Shown here: positions 26,805 to 52,495 of the stretch, one piece after another
Layout of the letters: each line of letters starts with the position of its first letter
How positions within the stretch are numbered: position 1 is the first letter of the stretch
NCBI GenBank assembly: GCA_900617105.1
Contig: UYFQ01000265.1
Coordinates: 62,001 to 126,000 of the forward strand
Length of the DNA stretch: 64,000 nucleotides
Source: Hydrurus foetidus
Taxonomy: Eukaryota
Direction: 5' to 3'
Notes under the pieces: model-generated
Told to the model about the DNA's origin: nothing
The model's input: only the letters and a program-made list of their open reading frames with translations
Databases searched by the model: none
Position numbers and translations under genes: made by a program

Positions 26805-27852
26805 ATGTCTTTTGAACTACTGCATACAGCCAGTAAGATGATGAGGCTGTTGTCGCCTCTACCCCACATTAATACTGCAGGGAGATTTGCCGACAAGTAA
26901 CCGTTTTTATGGTGCATCTATCAGATCATTAATCTCGACATGGATTGAATGCATCGCATCGCTAAGCGATGTATCATATTCGTAAGACAGTCTGCTCCTT
27001 ACCTACCTGAATACGATGTGATGTGATGCGATATGTGGAAGTGCTTATTGCTTACCACTGAATCCTATTTTCCAGCACTCTCCAGAAATACTTCTAACTT
27101 ATAGTATTGCATGATGAAATAAAAGAATGTCACATCAGCAGATTGATGACTGACCCTGTTGCTGTCATGGGATGTTGAACAGTAATTTTGCAACCGACAC
27201 CGTGCAGATGATGATCACAGCGGGAATAGCCAAGAGAAATGAAGATGATTCTCAAAACGGAGACGAAAAGGGTCAGTGACCAACAGGAGAATCGAACTCC
27301 TAACCTTCAGATTTGGAATCTGACGCGCTACCAATTGCGCCAGCCGGCCTGTGACAACTCGGAAAAAATACATCAATACAATCATAGAGCATATTACTCC
27401 AATCTGCGGTTTCACTCACATTCCTCCCCGTGTTTCTAGTTTCAAGTCTCAAGCACCTCAACGCTTCAATCCTTCGTCCTGCGGTAAACTCTACTCCTAC
27501 TCCTACTCTTACTTCTACACCTACACCTACTGCTTCTCCTACTCCTCATCCTCATCCTCATCTACTGCATCCTGCATGCAGTAGACTACAGCACTGTTCA
27601 CTGCTTGTTCAGTATCCACGCTCAATACGATAACTACATCCATACAATACAATACAATACAATACACCACCACACCACTAGCATACCTTAATCATGCTTC
27701 GCAATCTTCATATCACATACCACAGCCTGTCATACCATTGCCCAACATAGCAATACAAAATAAAAGCAATACAACCACTACCGGTACCAGGCATAGTGAC
27801 TAATACATAGCTATGCTTTCAGAGGACAGGGAGATGCAGAATGTGTCCGAAA
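26805..27852. repeat. Right arm of the ~1-kb inverted repeat
   Basis: Inverted copy of 23786-24814, including the tRNA and a dead copy of the coiled-coil gene start (MLSEDREMQNVSEI*). Confidence 0.95.
27277..27349 (-). tRNA. trnW: tRNA-Trp (CCA), second copy
   Basis: Exact reverse complement of 24270-24342; TTTT follows 7 nt downstream. Confidence 0.95.
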
Positions 27853-28298
27853 TATGACTTCATTTGAAGGAAGTAATCAATCCACGCGTCGGAAAGAAGA
27901 ATTCTTGTGAGAATCACAAAATATTATTGTACCAGTAATTGTTGAATTATCCTGTTACAGTTTCGTGATTCTCAGAGGTGTTTCGTCATTCTGTACCTGT
28001 TACACGAGTGACATTTTGTATTTTACACCTTTACTTGAGTTTACAAGTCTACTTGATACTTCGTGCTTCTACTAGTGTATCGAGGTAAAGGAGCAGGGAA
28101 ATATATATTACGGGAGCACAGTATAGCATTTCCAGCTACCACCGTGATGTCACGAAATTTTTCGTGATTTTTTGGCCTGAGAAATACCTCAGTATTGGGA
28201 TGGATGATATGCGGCAGCTCTAAAAAAATGTTGTACTCTATTTCGAATGCAATATATTTCCTTGATAGCATGGTTCAAAGAGGATTGGATATTATTTA

Positions 28299-42490
<14,192 letters not shown>

Positions 42491-43012
42491 TTCCCAGTGC
42501 TCTTGCAAATCAACAATGGGAAGAAAATTCTATTGGAGCTGTAGATTGAAGACGCAGTCACTTCCTATCAACTGTTGCAAAGGCTTGGTGTTCGATTCAG
42601 ATAGTAGAACGGTAGAGCGCGTGCTGTTGGAGTTCGATGTAGATCACTCTCGTTGCATCAGCTGCATTATCTCATTCAAGCTCCATGAAGCATACAGACA
42701 GCACAGTGAAGTCAGACCTAGAGTATAGTTTTCAGTGCACGCCAACTTTATGACGGCATGATGACGTCTGATGATAATATCGACGACATCGTTCAGTTGA
42801 AAGTTTAAAAATAAATTTTAACATGGACTCAACCGTTTGGACTAGGTTTACGTAAAAATTCTTTGTGTGACCCAAATTTCTGGATGTAATTTTTGTCCCC
42901 CTCAAAATTGTTGATTTGATTAGTCCCCCCGTATTTTATTTTTTTTCGAAGGGGGGGTCAAACCCCGTAAACTGAAGTACGCACGTATTACATTCTGCGT
43001 ACGCAATTTTTT

Positions 43013-43204
43013 TAGTACGTACTGCAAGTACGTATTGGAATTTTGATTTTTTCACACGAACGTGTGAAATAGTCAGTTGACAGAAAATTATACAATATCG
43101 TTAGTTATTAGTACGTACTGCAAGTACGTATTGAAATTTTGATTTTTTCACACGAACGTGTGAAATAGTCAGCTGATAGGTAATTATACAATATCGTTAG
43201 TTAT
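43013..43204. repeat. Two tandem 96-bp direct repeats with internal palindromes, upstream of the Helitron passenger gene
   Basis: Copies at 43013-43108 and 43109-43204; each holds TACGTACT-GCA-AGTACGTA and TTCACACG-AA-CGTGTGAA stems. Confidence 0.9.
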
Positions 43205-43235
43205 ACAATTTCACCAAGTATAATAAGTGCACAGT

Positions 43236-44276
43236 ATGTCTTCGTCTATTATCGTTAAAGCTGACGATTCGGTTTTGCGTGTGTTTGACAGTTCAATTGT
43301 GTTGCCTTCAGCAAGTACCATTAATCTGTTCTACGATGCTGTCACCTCGTTGACCTCGTTTGAAAGTGAGACTACACTATGGGAAGAATACGTTGTAAAT
43401 AGCGTACCTATACTATTTAAAAGTGAAGCAGAGTTTTGCGATCACAGCAAGGAGATTAAAGCAGCCATTGTTCTGGGTATCCGTGACCGATTCGATTTGC
43501 TAAATGGATCTGAATCCTTGAGAGCAAATGAAGTTTTGACTATGGCTGTCACGGAAGCGGAGCGATTTCGCCGATTAGCTCAAAAACAGCGGAAAACGGA
43601 GAAGGATAAGGATAAGGAGTCTGATAGGGGAAAATTTAAAAAGAGGTTAGCCTATTTGGTTGATCTTATCAATAAGAGGGCTAACAGCAGATTTCAACGC
43701 ATGGTTGAGAAGTATTTTCCCAAGATTGTGGCTGACAGTGCAATCGTATGTACACAGGTATAATTTATTGTAATTATTTGTAATTATCAATTTAGTTGAT
43801 AATTTAATTTTGTAACTTAGGAATCAAGTGATTCTTCTGAGGAGAGCGATTCTTCCTCTGATGTGGGGATTATGGCTGCTATCGAAGACATGACAGTAAG
43901 TGCTGATTTGGCTGACGAGGATTTCGAAGACAGTAACGCCCTTGGCGCCCTCGGTAAACGCAAGAGGGATCAAACGACTCGATATACTCCTTCTGATGAT
44001 TTTGCGGCAGCAGGACCCTCAAGGAAAATTTCCAAGAGAAGAATCAGCGTTGACAAGGAGCTTCTTGATGACTCCTCACCCTCTAAATCAATTCAGCCTC
44101 CATCAGTTAGGGAGTTGTTACAGAAGGTATTTTTAGATTTGACGGGTGATGAGGCCGATAGCGTTGATAATGATCTAGTTGACATCGTCAATGAGTTGGG
44201 GTCGTTGGCATCATTAAATAAGGAGCAAAAAAATGCTTGGCTTCTTCATGTTAAATCATTTGTTAAACCAGTGTAA
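43236..44276 (+). CDS. Helitron-borne hypothetical protein (~325 aa); intron 43758-43820
   Basis: ORFs 43227-43763 and 43863-44276 join in frame through a 63-nt AT-rich GT-AG intron. Basic NLS-like stretches (KRKR); no recognisable domain. Confidence 0.65.
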
Positions 44277-44575
44277 ACTGTAATTGTTTTTACGAGGAAT
44301 TTAAGATTTAAAAAAATGTAACTTATAATTTTGATTTCATGATAATATTACTTTACGACCTATAATTTTGCAGTAGAAATATGATCTATGACTTGTTTGT
44401 TGACATTAAAAGAAGTATCGTAAAATTGTTAATTTAATTAATTAAAATTATTTTTGTGGTAATATTTTTATGAAGGCAGAAAAAAAGTTTGGTTAATGGT
44501 GATTTGAAGTAATATTAAATGTCATCACATTAATGTATATAATAAATTGAAAAAAAAATGATATTGATATTGAGA

Positions 44576-45555
44576 TTAGACCAAATTAATGAGTCTATTA
44601 TTTTCATTATATATTGTATTTATTATGTAATAAGTAACGAATTGTCTTAAATTACTTTGAACACAATCAACATGTTCACAATTCCAATCATCAGCTTTAC
44701 TAGGTAAACGTTGATAATTATACCAATAAAAAGCAGTTATAAGAACGAATATTCCACAACTAGAACTATCGGTTTGTTTTGGAACATATTGTGGTATGTT
44801 AACGTGATTTATTAGTTGCCATGAATATATATCATAATCGGAGTTATCTGAGACATCATAATTTAGTCTTTGCATTTCACTCTTGTACCATTTCCGTATA
44901 TTTTCTGTTATTTCCTCATTATCGTGGCGCATACTATCAATTATGTAGTAAGTTTTCATAGTGGAATCTATTATACATAATAACCAATGACCCGGTATGT
45001 GAATCGGAATTATAAATGTTTTTAGAAACTCTAATGGTGATAAATGGTCTGTGAACCTTTTAAAGGCACCGTTATAATTTGTATTATTTGTTGTCAATAA
45101 ACCGTAAAAAGGAGTATGTAATATATTCATGAAATTCCTTTGTGATCCGTTGTCAGTATTCAAATCCATAGCGTCTAAAAATGTGTCAATAATTGTACCT
45201 GTAAGCCAGTTACGACGCCTTAGACTTAGCACGTCAATTGGATTGTGCACGTATCTTTCTCCACACTTTGGCATATCATCGTGAGTATAATTATCATTAA
45301 CCATACGTTGAGCAATGTCTATATACTGGTCTGTTAATACAATTTGATTGTTTGATAGTGACCAAAATCTTGGTATTGATATATCTATTACATTGTCATC
45401 GTTGCTTATATTTCTATGGTTTTGATAAGTATTTCTCCATATATTATGGTAATCATAAATAGTTAATTCATGATGAATGTCAAGTAAGTTTTGAACATCT
45501 ATAGGAGTATTTTCTACATTAATTATATCATTTTTGGTAATAGACTCTGTAAAAA
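44576..45555 (-). CDS. Ulp1/SENP-like (C48) cysteine protease domain, probably the C-terminus of the RepHel polyprotein
   Basis: WLTGTIID, FIIPIHIPGHWLLCIID, YIIDSM, PKQTDSSSCGIF (His/Asp/Gln/Cys). The frame stays open ~250 nt upstream of ATG 45304 and overlaps the helicase 3' end. Confidence 0.85.
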
Positions 45556-48500
45556 TTTATCTTCAACAAGAAAATTTTTGTCTTCTGATTTGAGAATTAA
45601 TTTAATTTTTTTTACTAATTTTGTTCTCTTATTTAATTTCTTTGTCGTTTCATTTTGCTTTATTGTTAATTTGTGGTCATAGAATTGTTTACATCTTTTG
45701 TTATTCCATATTCCATTGTTTTCAAAACCTCCGAGCCAAATCTCTAAATAGTTGTCAGGTTTTAATTTCTTTAAATACTGCAGATCTGATCCAGGTGTTA
45801 TTGGCATTATTCTTAGATGTGATCTATGTGTAACACGTGACAAAGCAACCAGGAATCCATTGTAAGTAATTGAAGGAGAGAACGGTCTTTCGTTTAATTC
45901 GATGATAAGATTAGGTATAGTTTTACCTTGCAATTTATGAAATGTGATAACAAAAGCTAATTCTACACGATGTTCTTTTTGTTTAGTTATGGTTATATTT
46001 TTATGCAATTTTTCATTAATTTTTATATTAATTTTTGTTTTTTCTGTTCTTGACCTGAACCCTATGGGAATAATGAATTTATCCTTTACAATGGTCTCGT
46101 CTTTCTTCCAAAGGGGTTTAAGATCTTCTGTGATATTTATTTCTACATTGATGTATTTTGGTATAATTTTTTTAATATGAATGTGTTCGCCTGGTAATGA
46201 ATGTTTTATTTCATTACTGAATATTTGATAATCTATAGTTAGCATGTCCTCTTCAGAAAACGTTAAGGAATGCATATAAACTGTTGTTCCGTTTGCTAAT
46301 CCTTTTTTAGGATTAATATTTTCTGTTATGTACGACATTGCTCCTTGAACAAAGAATGATAATAGTCCACTCTGTTCGTGAAAAATCTCTGTTTCGGTGT
46401 AAGAGTCTTTTAAATAATTCATGATTGCTCCTGTGCATTGAATTTTCCATGATATTATTGGAACACCATTATTTTTGGCCCACAATTGGGCTCTAGAAAA
46501 CATTAAATGATCTCTTTCTGAATTAGAAGTAACAGCAAGTGGTGCTGAGTACCATTCTTGTAATGAAATATTTAGTTTTTCATTAATGAAATCATTTTTT
46601 TTCAGTGTGTTATTATGAATAAGTGATTTTAATAATTTGTCGGAAACTTGATCTCCATTGAAACTTCTTAAATTTAATATAGTTTCCATTTGTTGAACAT
46701 CTTCCGCTGCTCGAACTTGATCATTTAATTGTATTAACTGAAATTTTGTGAATAATTCTGCACCTTTGTAGTTAACTCCATTAATTTTATTATTATTGTT
46801 ATTTCTCTGAATATTTTTTGTATTGTTTTTAGCTTCTAATGTTTTAACGAAATATGTTATTATGTCCTTATACAAACAGGAATCACCAACGGGAATAATT
46901 TGAAAAAAATCTCCAAGTACAACAATATTTATGCCGCCAAATGGCATATTGTTACCCATAACTTGCTGCATCCTTGCATTTATTATATAAAACAAGGATG
47001 AACCTACCATTGATATTTCATCAATAATGATGAATCTGCAGTTTCTAAATTTCCAATGTAAGTGACGTAAAGATGTATCACTTAAGGAATCTTCAACGAT
47101 GGATTCTACATTTTTTCCTACAGGAATTTGGAACAAGGAGTGAATTGTTTCACCTCCATTTAGTAAACTTGCAGCGGCCCCTGTATAAGCTGTGCAAAGA
47201 AATTTTTCGTTGGCATGCGATAACTTTGATTTGAATTCATTTATTGTCCACGTTTTTCCAACTCCGGGTCCTCCATGGATGAATAAAAGCAATTGTTTAT
47301 CAAAATTAGTTGTAAGGTAATTCTCAAAAAAATTCAATGCTTTTATTTGATCTTTTGTTGCTCTCGTAGGTATGTTTTTCGGACATTTATTATTATCTTT
47401 TTGGTGTTGATCGTTTTCAGGAATTAAGTTATTTCCTATTGATGTAACATTATTTAAGATTTCTTCCTCTACATTTTTTTCACGTATTACTTCCCATATT
47501 TTGTTACCTAATGTGTTATTACCAAATTCATGTATATCTATTTTATGTGTTTTAACATGATCATTACCAATTCCATTGAAAGTGTTCAAAGAATTTTGTA
47601 AATATTTATCTATGGCATTAATTTTATTACTTTCTAATTCTGTATGTTCTGTAAGTTCACTTTGAAGTACTTTTATCAAATCTCGTGTTTCTTTATCATC
47701 ACTCAACAAATTATTACAATCATCATTGGTTTTGTCATGAATATTATTATTATTTCTTTTACTATGTTTCCAGCGCCAGTAATTAACACTTTGACATACT
47801 GTTTGTATTTTAGGATATATTGCGGGACCTTTTTTACCTTCTTCCCATAAATCTGATGATCTTGCTCTGTATTTTGCTGCCATTACTTTATTGGTTACTT
47901 TGCTTTTCATGTTTCTGGAAGTATCAACTATATAACTGAATAGACATCTATGTAAGAAAGATGACTTGTAAATATTTTTTTCATTATCATAACACTTCAT
48001 TTTTGCCATAAATCGAACAAAGTCTTTGTATGTATGTCCATCTTCCGGAATTAGTTCTAATTCCTGAAGTTCAGATTTATGTTTCTGTAGTGTCCATGGA
48101 GATGTTAATGTTAGGTAATACAATGCTGCTCTGTCTAATTTTTTTTTCTCGGTAATTGAACAATTTTTGTAGCAGTGTTTTATATTATTATTGTCAATAC
48201 TATTAAAATTTTTTGGAGAACCTCCACAGAGAACTGGAGTAAGCAATTTTGATCGAACTCTTTGTGTATGAGTAGCGTATAATGGATGCATAGCTTGAAA
48301 ATCATAGGTTTTATTTTGGTGTCGCTTTAGATTTAAAGAAATAATGTTACTTTGAACCTTAAGTGGAATAATCTCAATTATAGAGACGTATTCTAATAAT
48401 GATAATTGTTTTAACAATTGACCTCTATAAGCGTAATGAATATCTTGTGCTACAGGAATACTTTTTATGGTATTATTAGTTTCTATTGTGAATATTGAGG

Positions 48501-48567
48501 CACTTCCTAATAATGATTGAACCGAGTCATCCTTTATTAGTGTATCAAACTTATTATCATCATTTTT
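45523..48567 (-). CDS. PIF1-family SF1B helicase portion of Helitron RepHel
   Basis: HGGPGVGKT, AYTGAAA, GETIHSLF, IIIDEISMV, PFGGINIVVLGDFFQIIPV, KGLANGT, LAFVITFHKLQGKT, VALSRV; upstream DIHYAYRG..LSLLEY block. Confidence 0.92.
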   Translation of the reverse strand, partial: KNDDNKFDTLIKDDSVQSLLGSASIFTIETNNTIKSIPVAQDIHYAYRGQLLKQLSLLEYVSIIEIIPLKVQSNIISLNLKRHQNKTYDFQAMHPLYATHTQRVRSKLLTPVLCGGSPKNFNSIDNNNIKHCYKNCSITEKKKLDRAALYYLTLTSPWTLQKHKSELQELELIPEDGHTYKDFVRFMAKMKCYDNEKNIYKSSFLHRCLFSYIVDTSRNMKSKVTNKVMAAKYRARSSDLWEEGKKGPAIYPKIQTVCQSVNYWRWKHSKRNNNNIHDKTNDDCNNLLSDDKETRDLIKVLQSELTEHTELESNKINAIDKYLQNSLNTFNGIGNDHVKTHKIDIHEFGNNTLGNKIWEVIREKNVEEEILNNVTSIGNNLIPENDQHQKDNNKCPKNIPTRATKDQIKALNFFENYLTTNFDKQLLLFIHGGPGVGKTWTINEFKSKLSHANEKFLCTAYTGAAASLLNGGETIHSLFQIPVGKNVESIVEDSLSDTSLRHLHWKFRNCRFIIIDEISMVGSSLFYIINARMQQVMGNNMPFGGINIVVLGDFFQIIPVGDSCLYKDIITYFVKTLEAKNNTKNIQRNNNNNKINGVNYKGAELFTKFQLIQLNDQVRAAEDVQQMETILNLRSFNGDQVSDKLLKSLIHNNTLKKNDFINEKLNISLQEWYSAPLAVTSNSERDHLMFSRAQLWAKNNGVPIISWKIQCTGAIMNYLKDSYTETEIFHEQSGLLSFFVQGAMSYITENINPKKGLANGTTVYMHSLTFSEEDMLTIDYQIFSNEIKHSLPGEHIHIKKIIPKYINVEINITEDLKPLWKKDETIVKDKFIIPIGFRSRTEKTKINIKINEKLHKNITITKQKEHRVELAFVITFHKLQGKTIPNLIIELNERPFSPSITYNGFLVALSRVTHRSHLRIMPITPGSDLQYLKKLKPDNYLEIWLGGFENNGIWNNKRCKQFYDHKLTIKQNETTKKLNKRTKLVKKIKLILKSEDKNFLVEDKFLQSLLPKMI

Positions 48568-51500
48568 ATGGCATCATGAACTATTTCATTTAAAAAATTC
48601 TTGTAAGTTATTTTCTTTTTGCATTTTGTCTTATTTATTTTTAAATTTGGTTTTTTAATTCTTTCTTTGATACTTCTGCATGCATCATTAATGAAAACAT
48701 ATCCATTCTTAATTGATCCAAATTGTGCTGGCATATTTAATAAATGTAATGCTGCTTGTGTATCGGCAATTTCCTTCGAACTCCTCGATTTATTCAACAT
48801 AACTGTCAGTAAATGTTGGCCAGTTCTTATTTCAGTCCCTGTATTGACGGCTACTGATGGATGCAAATAAATTTTTTGTCTTGCATGTAATAAGAGTGAT
48901 AGAGTCGTCGTTGGTAATAATGCATCCTTTGTAATATACTTTATTAAATAATATATAATAGCCTTAGCTTGTTCATTTGCCCCAAATGATATGCAGCTGT
49001 ATTACATCTTAAAGTACCCGAAGCAGTTGGAGAATAATTTACAACAGCACCATTTCTGATTCCAATAATCTCTAATGTTTTTAACTTTAAGTCAGGTTCT
49101 AATGATGACCAAATTTTCATGAGAATTTCAGTATCTTTTTCAATTTTCATTTTTTCAATCGTGGAAGAAATTTCTTTGATTGAATATTGTTCCTTTTCAA
49201 TTTCTAAAATTATGCACTTGTTATCAGGAATACCTAGTGGTTTAATATCAATCAATTGTTTCCATTCATTCTTGAAAAATTTCACATTGTCTAATTTTAT
49301 TGTTTTGAATTTTAGATCGATTTTGGAGATTCCCATAAAATTGAATCATTGAAATTAGTGTTGTTATAGCACTCTTTCGTTCATCAGGTGATCCATGTAC
49401 TTTATTTCCTGTTATTCTTAACAGAGGATCAATTGTCTTTATAATTTCTTTTGCTTCTTTACTCATTGGATCCTTTTGAGCTATTTCTAATTTATTTTTA
49501 AATAGCGGACAAAGCAATGTTGCTCCTAATTTGACTAATAAGTTAGGGTCATTTTTAGCTTTAATATTTACTACAGATGCTGTCTCATGACGCTGTTGTT
49601 GGTTAAAAGTTGTAAAGATAAATTTTGAATCCTCTGCAAACTTGCATGATCTTTGGTATAGGAGATGTCTAACATATTTTTTAGGTAATGTTCCATTAAT
49701 TTTTACTCCATTACCAAATTTTCCAAATAAAAATAAATTAGGAAAAAGACCCAAATATATATAACTGTTATTTTCGAATTCATTAATTGGATCTGGAGAA
49801 CGATTTACATGAATTAATTTAGGTAGAAATGTATCGCATATTCCATTGATTACTTTATCGTTAAGTAATTTTTCAGTTCTTTCGTTATTATTGAATATCA
49901 TCGTATTTCCGATTGGAATTAATTTTGATTTTGAATTATTCTCTTCTTTTAGCTCAGCACTATTATTAACAATTTCGTCAACTTTCATGCGTCGAACTTC
50001 GGCTGTATCAGATGTAACTACTCTTTCGATATTTATCGAGCTTACATTATCGACGATTTCAATGTTGTCTAATAACTCCTTCGTCAAATTCTTCAATTTT
50101 AACTTGCATTCATCACTTTCGTTGATTGTAATATTCCAATACTTTGGGTTACATTGTTTTAACATTCTTAACCAATTGTATACATTTTGTGTTCTAACAT
50201 TTAATTCGCCACATGACATAATTACATCTTTCCGATTTACTTCATATTGATCTTTTGATCCAACAAATGCAACTCTTAAAGAATTCGTAACATTCAGAAA
50301 ATCCGGAAAGTCAAAATTTTCTGAACACTTCTCAGGTCCATCGTGTTCAAAAATAATAACATTACCTACCAATTGACTATTAGAACCTTCCTTTAATTTT
50401 ATTATTGAAGCATACATTCTATTACGGCTTATTAGATGCATTTCTACAACTGAAAGGGGCAATAAATCTTTCAGCCTACTTATATCTCCGTAATCATGAC
50501 CATTAGCAATACCGAATTTTGGTATTTCATTATTTTTAATGTCATAGTTGCAAATAGTGCACAAATTTGTATAATAACAGCCGTTTCGTACTGTTAAACA
50601 TTCTGGGTGTATATTATATAACACATCATTTATATTCGATACGGAAGCTATATCTTTATACTCTTCCAAATTATTCCATTCGTTTATTTGAGAATTACTT
50701 AATTGAAGAATTTTAAGATCAATTTCAACATTTACTTCTCTAAAAAATTCCATATATTTTCTTTCACCACATGATCCACAAGAAAATAAATTTCTTTTAT
50801 TACTCAATTTTGCATTGAAATCTTTTATTATCTTTCCACTATCCACTACTGATAAAATTTCTTTCCTAATTTCTTTTACAGTGTTCAAACATGCTGTCCC
50901 TAAAGTGTCTCCTTCATCATTATAATCATTAATTAATACATTATCCAAATCACTAAAATCTCCTCGTCCTGTATTTTCCCATAGTAACATTTTAGATTTC
51001 AATATGTTAGCGTCCGTGTCATGCCCTAATAATTCGATACACGTCGGGACTCTTCGCATTTCAGAACTAAATGATTCCATTGACTCTTCGAGATCAATAT
51101 CTAATCATTTAATAAATTTTTATAATTATAACCTATTATTGATAAAAATGCAAAATATGAATTCATTGAATTACCTTCTTTCTTTGTTTTTAAATACAGT
51201 CTTGACGCTCTTCTTTTAACTGCAGTTGCTATTTTATCTAAAGAAATGCTCTCTCTTTTTCTTTTCCTATTCATTTTAATTACTCTTTCGCTTCTAATTG
51301 CTCTTCGTAATTCGGTTGTTGTTTTTATTCTACTAATAATACCTGCCGACATTTGCTTTCTTACTTCATTTCTTTTCATATTTCTTGTCATAACTCTTCT
51401 ATTTAGTAAAATTTTATTTTTGAATTCAATAACTTTGGCACTTCTCATTGCTTTTCTAATTAAGATTCTATTTGCCCGAGCTTTTGCCGTTTTTATTTTC

Positions 51501-51836
51501 CTTTTTTCACATCTTTTTGCCTTTCTAATCATAATTCTATGCGCTCTAGCATTTCTCGTAGATTCAATTGTTCTATTCTGGAACATTACACTCTCGCATT
51601 TATTTTTATTTTTAAATTTGAAAATTATTTTTTCTTCTCTTCTACGTATCAAAATGTCATTTTTAAATTTCTTAACTTTCGCACTTTTCATTGAAATTAT
51701 TTTGGCTCCAACTACTTTTGCTTCTTCGAGTTCTATATTACGAACGTTTGTAAGCTCAGTTGCCTCTTTCTGTGCAACTAATAATTCAGAATCTTGAGTT
51801 ATTTTTAATGTCAATTTTCTTGGCCTCAATAGCATC
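48537..51836 (-). pseudogene. N-terminal RepHel region: basic repeats, intron 51101-51174, DUF6570-like Cys domain, Helitron_like_N, Rep Y2 motif; frameshifted, HUH motifs 1-2 absent
   Basis: SCGSCGER..LCTIC..PKFGIANG..LSVVEMHLISR..LVGNVIIFEH..VYNWLRMLKQCNPKY; FPNLFLFG..HLLYQ..FIFTTFNQQQRH..GSPDERK..MIQFYG; RNGAVVNYSP..LRCN..IIYYLIKYITK. Confidence 0.8.
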
Positions 51837-52430
51837 CTGCGAAGAAAAACACCTAATTCAATAATAACGTACTAATGTCATAATAACGACATCACAAATT
51901 TGGCTTTTCTTCTGGCGATAATATAGGATGATGGATGACTCCACTGGCATTAGAGGTAACTTTCTCTGCAAAAAGTGAATACCTTCCAATACTCTGACGA
52001 CAATTACTCAATATATAATATTAGCACGAAAAATTCGTTTCTCAGACGCACGGAATGAAATAACTCTGCCTTCAATAGATTTCGTTTCGTCCCGACAGAG
52101 ATGCTGTGGGTGTAAATTTTCCCAATTTTGTAAATTATTAAGAAATTCGGAGAGAATTCACCAAAATTGAGGTGTTCAATGATGTCAATATGCCTCTAAT
52201 TACCTGGAACAGTGTCCGTGGTCGCCCGTTCAGTTATTACGAAAAACAATGAAGTTTCTTGCAAACACTGCGCGGTTATCCGTTTAGCAATTTTCGCACG
52301 CAATTTCAATAAAATTTGACGATGCCGCTAGGTCCACCATGGTTGAATTGCCAGGAACAAGTTCGCTTCTAGATCACTCTAACTATCAGTGTTGTTAAAA
52401 TTAACAAACAATGGTTAAAATTCAGAGATC

Positions 52431-52495
52431 AAATCCCTGGCTTCCCAGGAGCCAATCCCTGAATTTCCAGAAGGGATAAATCCCTGGCTTCCCAG
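52431..52495. repeat. Subterminal 18-bp direct repeats near the Helitron 5' end
   Basis: aaatccctggcttcccag at 52431 and 52478, with an imperfect copy at 52453. Confidence 0.8.

Noticed and set aside
23786..27852. Inverted arms as TIRs of a Mutator/Polinton-like transposon
   Set aside because: The arms contain a host tRNA and host gene start, fade out without sharp termini, and show no TSD or transposase.
42841..42845. CTAG|T as a canonical Helitron1 3' end
   Set aside because: No GC-rich hairpin 10-20 nt before it, and the 12-bp inverted repeat just outside it fits Helitron2 ends better.
48575..48600. Programmed -1 frameshift at T TTT TTA in RepHel
   Set aside because: A -1 shift there meets TGA within two codons, and the other breaks lack canonical slippery heptamers.
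44300..52000. AT-rich helicase/protease block as an endogenous giant virus or Polinton
   Set aside because: No capsid, pPolB, integrase or packaging ATPase; the domain order DUF6570-Rep-PIF1 is Helitron-like.
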